Shown: piece by piece, positions 38,132 to 48,020 of the stretch
Layout: the number at the start of each line of letters is the position of its first letter
How positions within the stretch are numbered: the first letter of the stretch is position 1
From: Bacteroidota bacterium
Lineage (GTDB): Bacteria > Bacteroidota > Bacteroidia > Bacteroidales > JACABE01
NCBI GenBank assembly: GCA_037133555.1
Contig: JBAXNW010000006.1
Location: 5,129-69,128, forward strand
DNA length: 64,000 bases
Direction of reading: 5' to 3'
Notes under the pieces: model-generated
Database searches by the model: none
Seen by the model: only the letters and a program-made list of their open reading frames with translations
What the model was told of the DNA's origin: nothing
Made by a program: the position numbers and the translations under genes

Positions 38132-38728
38132 ATGTCAAGGATTTTTGTCATCATCGGATTTGTTTTTCTGTATTTCTCGGCAAATGCACAATTGCTTTCG
38201 CAAAACCAGCTGGACGAACAACCGGTCTTCACTTCCATAAGTGAAGCCTTAAAAAATCCAGAAAAAGTGTATCGAATGGATTTAAGTAAACAAAAACTTC
38301 AAACCCTACCTAAAGCAATCTTTGGTTTATACAATTTACAGGAATTAAATCTGGCCAAAAACAAACTCGTTGAAATACCACCCGAAATTGGCAACCTGAC
38401 AAATTTACAAAAACTGAATGTTTCGAAAAACAAAATTACGACCCTTCCAGCAAGTATAGGCTTATTGACTAATCTTACAGAACTGGTAGCCAATCAGAAC
38501 GATATTTATAAGTTGCCGGCAGAAATTGGAAACCTGATCAATCTTGAAAAATTAGATCTTTGGAGCACAGCCATGGATGTTTTCCCTCAGGAAATCGCCA
38601 TGCTCAAAAACACACTAAAAACACTTGATTTACGAGTCGTATTAATCAATGATGATAAACAAAAGGCCATTGTTGAACTATTGCCCAATACCAATATTTA
38701 TTTTTCGAAAAGCTGTAATTGCCATTGA
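38132..38728 (+). CDS. Secreted leucine-rich-repeat protein
   Basis: 198-aa ORF with a signal peptide and about six 23-aa LRRs (LxxLPxxIGxLxNLxxLxLxxNxL). It starts 4 nt after ribF. Confidence 0.8.
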   Translation: MSRIFVIIGFVFLYFSANAQLLSQNQLDEQPVFTSISEALKNPEKVYRMDLSKQKLQTLPKAIFGLYNLQELNLAKNKLVEIPPEIGNLTNLQKLNVSKNKITTLPASIGLLTNLTELVANQNDIYKLPAEIGNLINLEKLDLWSTAMDVFPQEIAMLKNTLKTLDLRVVLINDDKQKAIVELLPNTNIYFSKSCNCH

Positions 38729-38818
38729 AGAAAAAGAAGTACTTAAAATGCCTAAAACACTTAGAAAATTTCTAATTTTTCTATTACAAAATTGATTAAC
38801 TATACGAACTTATTATCT

Positions 38819-39613
38819 ATGAAAGATTTAAAGATAACAATCATACAGAGTGATTTAGTCTGGGAAAATCCCATTCAGAATTTATCCAATTTCGGTTCAA
38901 AGATTGCTAACATTAAAGAAAACCCAGATATCATTGTTTTACCCGAAATGTTCAATACAGCATTTTCTATCAATCCTGCAAAATGTGCTGAAACCATGGA
39001 CGGAGTGTCTGTCAGTTGGATGAAATCGCAGGCTGCAGCTAGCCAATGTGTTATTACAGGAAGTATACTAATCAATGAAAATGGGAGATATTTTAATCGG
39101 CTGATATGGATGCAAGCAGATGGTGAATATTTCACCTACGACAAACGACATCTTTTCAGAATGAGCGAAGAATTCAATATTTTCAACCAAGGTCATCAAC
39201 GTAGCATCGTCGAATGCAAGGGTTGGAAAATCAATCTCAATATCTGTTACGATTTACGTTTCCCTGTATGGAGCAGAAATACATACAAAGACGGAGCGTA
39301 TGAATACGATTTGATGATTTATGTTGCTAACTGGCCCTCTATCCGTTCTTCCATCTGGCAAACACTATTAAAAGCAAGGGCTATCGAAAATCAATCTTAC
39401 GTAATAGGCGTAAACAGAGTTGGCACTGATGGCCACGGCGCCCCACATTCGGGTGATTCCATGATTTTTGACCCTATTGGAAATCTAATCCTTCAAGCCA
39501 ATGCTTCCAAAGAAGAAATACATACCCTGGTAATTTCAAAAGACTTTATTACAGATTTTAGAAAAAAATTTACGGCCGGATTGGATTGGGATGATTTTAA
39601 GATAAATTGCTAA
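38819..39613 (+). CDS. Carbon-nitrogen hydrolase (nitrilase superfamily) amidohydrolase, YafV-like
   Basis: The Glu-Lys-Cys triad context is readable (LPEMF, KRHLF, NICYDLRFP). The ATG at 38819 is preferred over the TTG at 38792. Confidence 0.85.
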   Translation: MKDLKITIIQSDLVWENPIQNLSNFGSKIANIKENPDIIVLPEMFNTAFSINPAKCAETMDGVSVSWMKSQAAASQCVITGSILINENGRYFNRLIWMQADGEYFTYDKRHLFRMSEEFNIFNQGHQRSIVECKGWKINLNICYDLRFPVWSRNTYKDGAYEYDLMIYVANWPSIRSSIWQTLLKARAIENQSYVIGVNRVGTDGHGAPHSGDSMIFDPIGNLILQANASKEEIHTLVISKDFITDFRKKFTAGLDWDDFKINC

Positions 39614-39622
39614 TCAATTGGT

Positions 39623-40540
<918 letters not shown>

Positions 40541-40560
40541 CCATTAATGGAATTAACTAA

Positions 40561-40589
40561 GTTGTTAGTTATTGGTTATTAGGTTATTG
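40561..40589. repeat. GTTATT-type stutter (GTTGTTAGTTATTGGTTATTAGGTTATTG)
   Basis: Read directly from the sequence. It contains GGTTATTAGGTT (40574-40585), whose reverse complement occurs at 26813-26824. Confidence 0.75.
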
Positions 40590-40610
40590 AATTATATTTA
40601 TCAATAAGTA

Positions 40611-41189
40611 TTATTTTCCCCTTATTTCGTTATAGCACTTCCTGCAAAGCGGTTCATAGGTATCTTTTTCGCCCAGCATCACCAGTTTATCGTTTTGAAC
40701 GGTACGATGTGAATAATGAGCTAAATTTCCACAGTTCATACAGATAGCATGTACTTTAGTAACGTCTTCGGCTACTGACATCAATCGGGGGATAGGGCCA
40801 AAGGGTTTACCCAGATAATCCATATCCAGCCCTGCGACAATAACTCTTACACCTCTGTCTGCCAGCGTATTGCAAACATTGTACAATTCTTCGTCAAAAA
40901 ACTGGGCTTCATCAATGCCAATTACACTCGCATCTTCAACATATAACAAAATCTGAGAAGCTGTTTCAACAGGAGTGGATGGAATTGTATTTTCGTTATG
41001 AGAAACCACATTGATATCATCGAAACGTGTGTCAATGGCTGGTTTAAAAATTTCGACTTTTTGTTTTGCAATTTTAGCACGATTCAGTCGACGTATCAAT
41101 TCTTCCGTCTTGCCCGAAAACATAGACCCACAGATTACTTCTATGCAACCTCTTTTACCTGTACTATTTTCGGTATTCTCAAAAAACAT
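40611..41189 (-). CDS. tdk: Thymidine kinase
   Basis: 192-aa ORF with P-loop [11 protein letters not shown] and C-terminal zinc-ribbon Cys pairs (CMNCG...CRKC). Confidence 0.95.
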   Translation of the reverse strand: MFFENTENSTGKRGCIEVICGSMFSGKTEELIRRLNRAKIAKQKVEIFKPAIDTRFDDINVVSHNENTIPSTPVETASQILLYVEDASVIGIDEAQFFDEELYNVCNTLADRGVRVIVAGLDMDYLGKPFGPIPRLMSVAEDVTKVHAICMNCGNLAHYSHRTVQNDKLVMLGEKDTYEPLCRKCYNEIRGK

Positions 41190-41212
41190 CTATGCTTTAT
41201 TTAAACTTTTTG

Positions 41213-41220
41213 CAAATATA
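41213..41220 (-). promoter_or_regulatory. -7 box (TATATTTG on the minus strand) upstream of tdk
   Basis: The plus strand reads CAAATATA, 24 nt upstream of the ATG at 41189. Confidence 0.45.
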
Positions 41221-41297
41221 TTATTAAATAGAATAGTAAAAGAAAGAAAGTTTGGCAGTTTGTGAAAAATCGATACAATGGCCCGAATTAAAATCAA

Positions 41298-41347
41298 CAA
41301 TCGTTCATCGTTGCCCTAATTTTTTTTAGAATAACGATGAAAGATTG
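41298..41347 (-). terminator. Possible terminator hairpin downstream of fumC
   Basis: 15-nt arms CAATCGTTCATCGTT / AACGATGAAAGATTG (one mismatch) with a 20-nt loop. The minus strand continues TTGATTTTAATTC. Confidence 0.4.
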
Positions 41348-41390
41348 TGAAATATTAAAATCCAAATTACTATGTCATTTTCGATAAATA

Positions 41391-41430
41391 CGCAAATCGC
41401 TAAATCAGAAAATCACAAATCACCAAATCA
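41391..41430. repeat. GATTT-type stutter starting at the fumC stop codon (minus-strand sense: TGATTTGGTGATTTGTGATTTTCTGATTTAGCGATTTGCG)
   Basis: Read directly from the sequence. It contains the 12-mer ATTTGGTGATTT (41417-41428, minus sense). Confidence 0.8.
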
Positions 41431-42810
41431 ACACATTTTCCTTGGGTCTACCCACAAAGTAAATTGCTCATCAGTAACTAAACCCGATTCCAATGCAGCT
41501 TCGCGTAAGGTTTTGTTTTCGTGATGGGCTTTTTTGGCGATCATAGCTGAATTGTCATAACCAATATGCGTATTTAATGCTGTTACCAGCATCAATGAAT
41601 TTTCAAGGTTTTTATTGATAAACGGCATATTGGCTTCTATGCCAATGGCACAATTATCGTTGAACGAAACACAGGCATCTCCCAACAAACGGGCAGCCTG
41701 CAATAAATTGTAAATCATAACCGGTTTGAATACATGGAGTTGAAAATGTCCATGTGTTCCGGCTACTGAGATGGCAGCATCGTTACCAATAACCTGGCAG
41801 CAAACCATTGAAAGGGCTTCGTTTTGTGTTGGATTGACTTTACCCGGCATAATGGAGGAACCTGGTTCGTTTTCGGGCAGATGCAATTCTCCAATGCCAC
41901 ATCTTGGACCTGAAGCCAACAGACGGGTGTCGTTTGCAATTTTCATCAGACTTATTGCCAATGTTTTTAGGGCACCTGAAGTTTCCACAACGGCATCATG
42001 AGCTGCCAATGATTCAAATTTATTGGGTGCGGTAATAAAGGGAAATCCTGTTAATTCAGCAATTTTTCTAGCCACCAATACATCATAACCTTTAGGTGTG
42101 TTTAAACCTGTTCCTACAGCGGTTCCGCCCAATGCCAATTCGGCCATGTGTTCATATGTATTTTTTATAGCCTTCATTCCATGATCAATCTGGGAAACAT
42201 AGGCCGAAAATTCCTGACCAAGTGTAAGAGGCGTTGCATCCATTAAATGGGTGCGACCTGTTTTAACAATATCTTTGAAATCTGCTGATTTCTTAGCCAA
42301 GGTATTTCTAAGTTTTTCTGCTCCCGGAATCGTAATTTCAACCAGCATTTTGTAAGCTGCAATGCTCATCGCCGTTGGGAAAGTATCGTTGGAAGATTGT
42401 GATTTATTAACATCATCGTTAGGATGGATAATTGTTTTTTCACCCAGCATTCCTCCGTTGAGAACATGGGCACGGTTGGCGATTACCTCATTAAGATTCA
42501 TATTGCTTTGGGTTCCTGAACCGGTTTGCCAGATTACAAGAGGAAACTGATCATCGAGTTTACCTTCTAAAATCTCATCACATACTTTGCTGATCAGTTC
42601 GCATTTTTCTTTGGGCAAAACGCCCAGTTCGAAATTACTCAAAGCAGCAGCTTTTTTGAGAATGGCAAAAGCCCATATAATTTCTTTAGGCATAGAAGCA
42701 GCCTCCCCAATTATAAAATTTTCGACAGAACGCTGGGTTTGTGCACCCCAATATTTGTCAGCAGGAACTTCAATGGTTCCCATGGTGTCTTTTTCAGTTC
42801 TTGTTTTCAT
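41428..42810 (-). CDS. fumC: Class II fumarate hydratase
   Basis: 460-aa ORF with the [13 protein letters not shown] signature and a typical FumC N-terminus ([23 protein letters not shown]). Confidence 0.95.
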   Translation of the reverse strand: MKTRTEKDTMGTIEVPADKYWGAQTQRSVENFIIGEAASMPKEIIWAFAILKKAAALSNFELGVLPKEKCELISKVCDEILEGKLDDQFPLVIWQTGSGTQSNMNLNEVIANRAHVLNGGMLGEKTIIHPNDDVNKSQSSNDTFPTAMSIAAYKMLVEITIPGAEKLRNTLAKKSADFKDIVKTGRTHLMDATPLTLGQEFSAYVSQIDHGMKAIKNTYEHMAELALGGTAVGTGLNTPKGYDVLVARKIAELTGFPFITAPNKFESLAAHDAVVETSGALKTLAISLMKIANDTRLLASGPRCGIGELHLPENEPGSSIMPGKVNPTQNEALSMVCCQVIGNDAAISVAGTHGHFQLHVFKPVMIYNLLQAARLLGDACVSFNDNCAIGIEANMPFINKNLENSLMLVTALNTHIGYDNSAMIAKKAHHENKTLREAALESGLVTDEQFTLWVDPRKMC

Positions 42811-42863
42811 GTGTATATGTTTGATTGTTTAATATTTACGCATATAATTATCCTTGTGATATT

Positions 42864-43205
42864 TTATAAAAAAGCATCGAGATTTTCAACAGTATCGGCC
42901 CAAATGGCACTATGATCTTTTTCGATGATGGGACGTTGAATTAAAATTGGAAATTCAGCTAAAATCTTAATCCATTCGTCATCGTTGAAGTTTTTGCCTT
43001 TGAACCGTTTTTTATAAATTTCTTCCTGAGTTCTGATAATTTCTTGAGGTAGTTTGTGCATTTTAGCCAACAATACAATTAATTGCTTTTCGGTAAGTGG
43101 GGTTTTTATGTATTCTACAATTTCAAAATTCTTGGCTTTTTCAGTCAGGTATTGCAAACCTGCTCTCGACTTTTTACAACGGGGGTTGTGGTAAATTTTC
43201 AGCAT
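42864..43205 (-). CDS. ArsC/Spx-family (YffB-like) protein
   Basis: 113-aa ORF starting MLKIYHNPRCKKSRAGLQYL. Confidence 0.8.
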   Translation of the reverse strand: MLKIYHNPRCKKSRAGLQYLTEKAKNFEIVEYIKTPLTEKQLIVLLAKMHKLPQEIIRTQEEIYKKRFKGKNFNDDEWIKILAEFPILIQRPIIEKDHSAIWADTVENLDAFL

Positions 43206-43366
43206 TTTTTAATTTAACATTTTAATTTGTGTGTAAATTTATAATTTTTTACGCTAGTTTTGCAAAAAAACAATAAAAAATTTCAAAACGATCAACGATA
43301 AGTCTTACTATCAGATAATGCTTGGAGATAAGATGTTGTATCTGAATAATAAATAAAACAAGGAAA

Positions 43367-43687
43367 ATGGCTTGGATTTTTTTAATAATTGCCGGTATTT
43401 TTGAAACTGGCTGGGCAATCGGATTAAAATATACAGAAGGATTTACAAAATTATTGCCTTCAATATGGACAGGTAGTGCGATGTTGTTGAGTTTGTATTT
43501 TTTATCACTATCCCTCAAAACCTTGCCGATAGGAACTGCTTATGCTGTATGGACAGGCATTGGAGCTTTGGGCGCATTTATATTGGGAATTGTTTTATTT
43601 AAAGAACCTATGGAATTTTGGAGGATATTTTTTATCAGTTTGTTGATTATTTCGCTGGTGGGATTAAAAACCACATCCGGAGTTTAG
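43367..43687 (+). CDS. sugE: SMR-family transporter, SugE/Gdx-type
   Basis: 106-aa ORF starting MAWIFLIIAGIFETGWAIGLKY, with four TM helices and the conserved membrane Glu. Confidence 0.85.
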   Translation: MAWIFLIIAGIFETGWAIGLKYTEGFTKLLPSIWTGSAMLLSLYFLSLSLKTLPIGTAYAVWTGIGALGAFILGIVLFKEPMEFWRIFFISLLIISLVGLKTTSGV

Positions 43688-43783
43688 TTGCTTTCAGCTT
43701 ATACAATTCATCTATTATCGGTTAATTTGAATTTATTCCTGTTTTTAATCCCCCAAATTTCATTATCCCCTATTAACAAATAC

Positions 43784-44407
43784 CTATTTCCTTCCAAAAT
43801 CTGCCGGAATTTCACCCCATACTTCTGTATCCCATTTTAGCAAAGGATTTTCCCAGGTATTGCTGGCCAACCAGTTTTCAGCCCTGGAAATTAAATCAAA
43901 GAGAACTTCATTTTCAGGGATTTTTTCCAATTTCGTTTTGGCTTTTTTGCCTCTGATCCATGCCAATGCGGTCATAGAGTCGCTGTAAATCGGAAGCAAG
44001 GAGTTTTGTTTTTGCAGCCAGGCCAGGCCATGGACGATGGCCAAAAATTCTCCTATATTATTGGTCCCTTGTATAAAAGGGCCCTGGTGAAAGATTTCAG
44101 TTTTAGTCTTGGTATCAACACCTCTGTATTCCATTTTCCCGGGATTGCCGGCACAGGCTGCATCAACAGATATACTTGGAATCACCGGCTTATACGTTTT
44201 TGAATTAGGCTGATGGTTGATGGCTTTTGGTTTACCAATGTATAGATGTGGTTTAGAAGCAAAGGCTTTCTGAGCACTAGTTAAATCCTCAAAAGATTTA
44301 TAGAGTGCAAATTCGTAGCCTTTAATATGCTTTTCACACTCAGTCCAGCTCGTAAAAATCCCTGATTGATGTCCTTTCCAAACTACATAATACTTTTGTT
44401 TAGCCAT
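43784..44407 (-). CDS. rnhA: Ribonuclease H with N-terminal hybrid-binding (caulimovirus viroplasmin-like) domain
   Basis: 207-aa ORF. YYVVWKGHQSGIFTSWTECEKHIKGYEFALYKSF is the viroplasmin-like domain. The C-terminal RNase H core contains DAACAGNPG...NNIGEF...DS. Confidence 0.85.
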   Translation of the reverse strand: MAKQKYYVVWKGHQSGIFTSWTECEKHIKGYEFALYKSFEDLTSAQKAFASKPHLYIGKPKAINHQPNSKTYKPVIPSISVDAACAGNPGKMEYRGVDTKTKTEIFHQGPFIQGTNNIGEFLAIVHGLAWLQKQNSLLPIYSDSMTALAWIRGKKAKTKLEKIPENEVLFDLISRAENWLASNTWENPLLKWDTEVWGEIPADFGRK

Positions 44408-44465
44408 AATTATTTGGTGATATGTTAGTTTGTTGTTTATTTATCAGATTCAATTTAGACCCAGT

Positions 44466-45560
44466 TTATTTATCTTTAAAGTAAGCATCCAATAATTGTT
44501 GTGCTGCCACATAGGAGCTTATTTTATCTTCGAGTATAGCTTGTTGGAGTTCTGGGATCAGGGCTTCAACGGTTTTATTGCCGTAAAAATGATCTTTAAC
44601 ATTTTCATTCACTGTTTCAAACATAATCCGCTTGGCTTGTTGTTGCCTTTTAAGATTAAAATAGCCATTCCCTTTTGTAAATAACTGGTAATCGCTGATA
44701 ATATTCCAAATATAATCAATACCCTCGCGGGTATAAGCAGAACAGGTGGCTACTTCAGGTATCCATCCTGAATCGGTAGGAGGAAATAAATGGAGTGCAT
44801 TCTTATATTGTGCCTTTGCCAATGTTGCCATCTTTATATTTTCTCCATCTGCTTTATTGATAGCAATCGCATCAGCCATTTCAATGATCCCTCTTTTGAT
44901 ACCCTGCAATTCATCTCCGGCATTGGCAAGCATGAGCAAGAGGAAAAAATCAACCATAGCAGCTACCGTGGTTTCTGATTGTCCCACACCAACTGTTTCA
45001 ACAAATATAGTGTCGAAACCTGCTGCTTCACAAAGAACAATTGTTTCTCGGGTTTTACGGGCTACTCCACCCAAAGAACCTGCTGAGGGAGAAGGACGGA
45101 TAAAGGCATTGGCATCAACTGACAATTCTTCCATTCGGGTTTTATCGCCTAAAATACTGCCTTTCGAACGTTCACTGCTGGGATCAATAGCCAGTACTGC
45201 CAATTTATGACCAGCCTTGCATAAATGCTTGCCCAATGCTTCTATAAATGTACTTTTCCCTACGCCGGGTACACCTGTAATTCCTATTCTTATTGAATGA
45301 CCGGCATGAGGTAAACAAGCAGTAATAATCTGCTGAGCCAATAGCTGATGTTCATGTAAAGAACTTTCGATTAATGTTATGGCTTTGCTTAAAATGGTAC
45401 GGTTGCCTTTTAAAATACCTTCCACATACTCAGCTACCGTAAATGAAACTTTCTTCTGTCCTTTTAAAGTGTCAGTAAGTTGAGGATTAACAGACATTGG
45501 CTGCTCTATGCCTTGCTGAACTTTAAGTGCAGATTGAAATTTCTTTTTATTTTCGTCCAT
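44466..45560 (-). CDS. meaB: Methylmalonyl-CoA mutase-associated GTPase MeaB/ArgK
   Basis: 364-aa ORF with [27 protein letters not shown] and INKADG. Confidence 0.9.
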   Translation of the reverse strand: MDENKKKFQSALKVQQGIEQPMSVNPQLTDTLKGQKKVSFTVAEYVEGILKGNRTILSKAITLIESSLHEHQLLAQQIITACLPHAGHSIRIGITGVPGVGKSTFIEALGKHLCKAGHKLAVLAIDPSSERSKGSILGDKTRMEELSVDANAFIRPSPSAGSLGGVARKTRETIVLCEAAGFDTIFVETVGVGQSETTVAAMVDFFLLLMLANAGDELQGIKRGIIEMADAIAINKADGENIKMATLAKAQYKNALHLFPPTDSGWIPEVATCSAYTREGIDYIWNIISDYQLFTKGNGYFNLKRQQQAKRIMFETVNENVKDHFYGNKTVEALIPELQQAILEDKISSYVAAQQLLDAYFKDK

Positions 45561-45857
45561 CTTTCAGTTGTAAAATGATTATCAATCAATTCTATTTTGT
45601 TCTGCTTGAAGATTGCTAATGAATGCAAAAATACATTTATTTATCGTAAAGTTTCAAAATTGATAATAGTATAATTTTCAATACACAATAATTTTCGAAT
45701 TTTTTAATTGACCTTTAAAAAGCTAAATAATTTAGTGTCAACTGAGGATTGATAAGTATTTAAGTTTTTTTATGTTAAACTATAGATAGGCACACAGCGC
45801 TTTTTACAAATTATATAAAAAATTAAAATAAATACTTATAAATTATCTCCAAACATT

Positions 45858-45865
45858 TACCTTTG
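45858..45865 (+). promoter_or_regulatory. -7 box TACCTTTG upstream of dnaG
   Basis: Matches TAnnTTTG, 19 nt before the TTG start at 45884. Confidence 0.45.
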
Positions 45866-45883
45866 TAAAAAGAAAATAAAACA

Positions 45884-47842
45884 TTGATCAGTCCGGATAT
45901 TGTACAAAACATTATAGAAACTGCCCGCATCGAAGATGTTGTGGGTGAATATGTATCGCTTCGCAAAAGAGGTGTTAACCTTATCGGATTATGTCCTTTT
46001 CACAACGAAAAAACGCCTTCCTTTACAGTTTCTCCGGTAAAAGGTATCTTTAAATGTTTTGGCTGTGGCAAAGCAGGAAATTCTGTCAATTTTCTGATGG
46101 AACACGATCATTTTTCTTATCCTGAAGCCCTCAGGCACCTTGCCAATAAATACAATATCGAAATTGAGGAAGAAGCTCCTACAGCCGATCAAATGGCAGC
46201 CCTCGATGAAAAAGAATCACTTTTTACGGTTACCAATTTCGCACACAAACATTTTGTCGACAATCTCATCAACACCGAAGAAGGTCGGTCCATCGGTCTT
46301 AGTTATTTTAAAGAAAGAGAATTTACCGATGCCACTATTCAAAAGTTTGAATTGGGTTATTGTCTCGATAAATGGGACGATTTTACAGCTTATGCACTCA
46401 AAAACGGTTATAAAATAGGACAACTGGTTAAGGCAGGCTTCAGCATCGACAAGGATGATAAGCATTACGACCGTTTTCGTTCCAGGGTGATGTTTCCTAT
46501 CCACAGTCTATCGGGCAAAGTCATTGCATTTGGTGGTAGAATTCTGAGTTCTGATAAAACAAAACCCAAGTATGTAAATTCACCGGAAACTGATATCTAC
46601 AGCAAAAGTAAGGTGCTGTATGGACTCAACTTTGCAAAAAATGCAATCATAAGTCAGGACAATTGTTACCTGGTTGAGGGTTATACCGATGTAATTACCT
46701 TGCATCAGTCAGGGATTGAAAATGTAGTTTCTTCTTCGGGCACATCATTGACTACCGAGCAGATAAGGCTGATCAACCGTTATACCAAGAATATAACGAT
46801 ACTGTATGATGGAGATGCTGCTGGAATCAAGGCTAGTTTCCGTGGTATCGATATGATTTTAGAACAAGGCATGAATGTAAAAATCGTGCTTTTCCCCGAT
46901 GGTGAAGATCCGGATTCTTTTACCCGTAAAAACCGATCGGCTCTGGTTCAGGAATATATAACAGAAAATGCCAATAATTTTATCTTATTTAAAACCAATT
47001 TATTATTAGAAGAAGCTGCCCACGATCCTATTAAGAAATCAGAATTGGTCAAGGAAATTGTCACCACAATTTCTTTGATACCTGACAGCATTCCACGTTC
47101 CATTTATACCAAGGAATGCAGTGCTTTGATGAATATTCCTGAACAAACTCTGCTGAACGAACTCAATAAACTTTTACGAAAAAAAGCTTCAAAAACATTG
47201 CAAGACGAAGGTGAAGCCCCACTTCCGGAAGCACCGCAATTCCCATCAGAAAAACAAGTAGATGAAATCACGCTGGATGAGGCTGAATACCAGGAAAAAG
47301 ATATCGTTCGCTTATTGTTGAATTTTGGAGCTAAGGAATTGATTATTAAAAATCTCAACGAAAAAAATGAAGAAGAGATAAGCAATTGTAGCGTAACTGT
47401 TTTTATTGTAAATGATATACTTTCCGAAGGATTCAGTTTCAAAAATCAGGCTTATCAGCTTATCTTTAATGAATATGCCAATGCCATCGAAAGTGAAAAT
47501 CTACCCAGTATGCAGCATTTTATTAACCATCCGGATAGTATCATCAGAAAAACGGCCATTAATTTATTGTCTTCACCTTATATGTTAAGCGAAAACTGGC
47601 AGGAAATGCATCGTATTTCTGTCCCTACCGAAGAAAAGGCCAATGTTTTAGAACAATCTGTCAGGCACTCTATTTTTGCATTCAAACTCAAAAAAGTTGA
47701 GGAATTGCTCACCCTCAATGCCATAGAAATTAAAGAACTCAATAAGGATGAAGATTTTATGATATTAATGGAAAAACAAAAACGCCTGATAGCTGCAAAA
47801 AAGACGATTTCGGCTGCGTTGGGTAGGATCATAATACGTTAA
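45884..47842 (+). CDS. dnaG: DNA primase
   Basis: 652-aa ORF with an apparent TTG start. It has the zinc finger CPFHNEKTPSFTVSPVKGIFKCFGCGKAG and the TOPRIM motif LVEGYTDVITLHQSG ... YDGDAAG. Confidence 0.9.
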   Translation: MISPDIVQNIIETARIEDVVGEYVSLRKRGVNLIGLCPFHNEKTPSFTVSPVKGIFKCFGCGKAGNSVNFLMEHDHFSYPEALRHLANKYNIEIEEEAPTADQMAALDEKESLFTVTNFAHKHFVDNLINTEEGRSIGLSYFKEREFTDATIQKFELGYCLDKWDDFTAYALKNGYKIGQLVKAGFSIDKDDKHYDRFRSRVMFPIHSLSGKVIAFGGRILSSDKTKPKYVNSPETDIYSKSKVLYGLNFAKNAIISQDNCYLVEGYTDVITLHQSGIENVVSSSGTSLTTEQIRLINRYTKNITILYDGDAAGIKASFRGIDMILEQGMNVKIVLFPDGEDPDSFTRKNRSALVQEYITENANNFILFKTNLLLEEAAHDPIKKSELVKEIVTTISLIPDSIPRSIYTKECSALMNIPEQTLLNELNKLLRKKASKTLQDEGEAPLPEAPQFPSEKQVDEITLDEAEYQEKDIVRLLLNFGAKELIIKNLNEKNEEEISNCSVTVFIVNDILSEGFSFKNQAYQLIFNEYANAIESENLPSMQHFINHPDSIIRKTAINLLSSPYMLSENWQEMHRISVPTEEKANVLEQSVRHSIFAFKLKKVEELLTLNAIEIKELNKDEDFMILMEKQKRLIAAKKTISAALGRIIIR

Positions 47843-47850
47843 GGAATTGG

Positions 47851-47874
47851 GAGATTTCCTGATTTGGCGATTTA
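47851..47874. repeat. GATTT-type stutter after the dnaG stop (GAGATTTCCTGATTTGGCGATTTA)
   Basis: Read directly from the sequence. It contains ATTTGGCGATTT at 47862-47873. Confidence 0.8.
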
Positions 47875-47919
47875 AATTAGTCAGCAAGCATTGTAATTTA
47901 TCATTTATATACCAAAAGA

Positions 47920-47953
47920 GATTCCTTTTCTTAGAGAAGGAATCGCTTTTATT
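47920..47953 (+). terminator. Rho-independent terminator after dnaG
   Basis: An 8-bp stem GATTCCTT/AAGGAATC with a 9-nt loop, followed by GCTTTTATTATT. Confidence 0.6.
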
Positions 47954-47969
47954 ATTCATATTGAGAAAT

Positions 47970-48002
47970 AAGTCTGATAGGGTTGCAAACCCTGTCAGAC
48001 TT
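47970..48002 (-). terminator. Hairpin downstream of hutH (possible terminator)
   Basis: A 15-bp stem AAGTCTGATAGGGTT/AACCCTGTCAGACTT (one G-U pair) with a 3-nt loop. The downstream T-tract on the minus strand is weak (ATTTCTC). Confidence 0.5.
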
Positions 48003-48006
48003 GAAT

Positions 48007-48018
48007 AAATCACCAAAT
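48007..48018. repeat. Copy of the 12-mer ATTTGGTGATTT (minus sense), 2 nt after the hutH stop
   Basis: The plus strand reads AAATCACCAAAT. It is inverted relative to the 47862-47873 copy. Confidence 0.8.
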
Positions 48019-48020
48019 AT

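Noticed and set aside
43206-43366. Possible guanidine riboswitch upstream of the SugE/Gdx-type SMR gene.
   Set aside because: I could not find paired ACGR-loop hairpins (mini-ykkC) or the conserved GGGA/ACGG cores of ykkC or ykkC-III. The leader is AT-rich with no convincing structure. A covariance-model scan would be needed to be certain.
43249-43518. 89-aa minus-strand ORF overlapping the sugE start.
   Set aside because: It overlaps a well-supported SMR gene and its promoter region. The sequence is hydrophobic and low-complexity with no motif, so it is likely spurious.
44746-45210. 154-aa ORF antisense to meaB. Similar long antisense ORFs occur at 22342-22713, 4804-5142, 47104-47442, 49260-49583, 55140-55460, 30746-31057 and 28063-28368.
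   Set aside because: Each lies fully inside a well-supported gene on the other strand. Their compositions are low-complexity, Ser/Ala/Ile-rich, typical of antisense frames, and they have no promoter box or recognisable motif.
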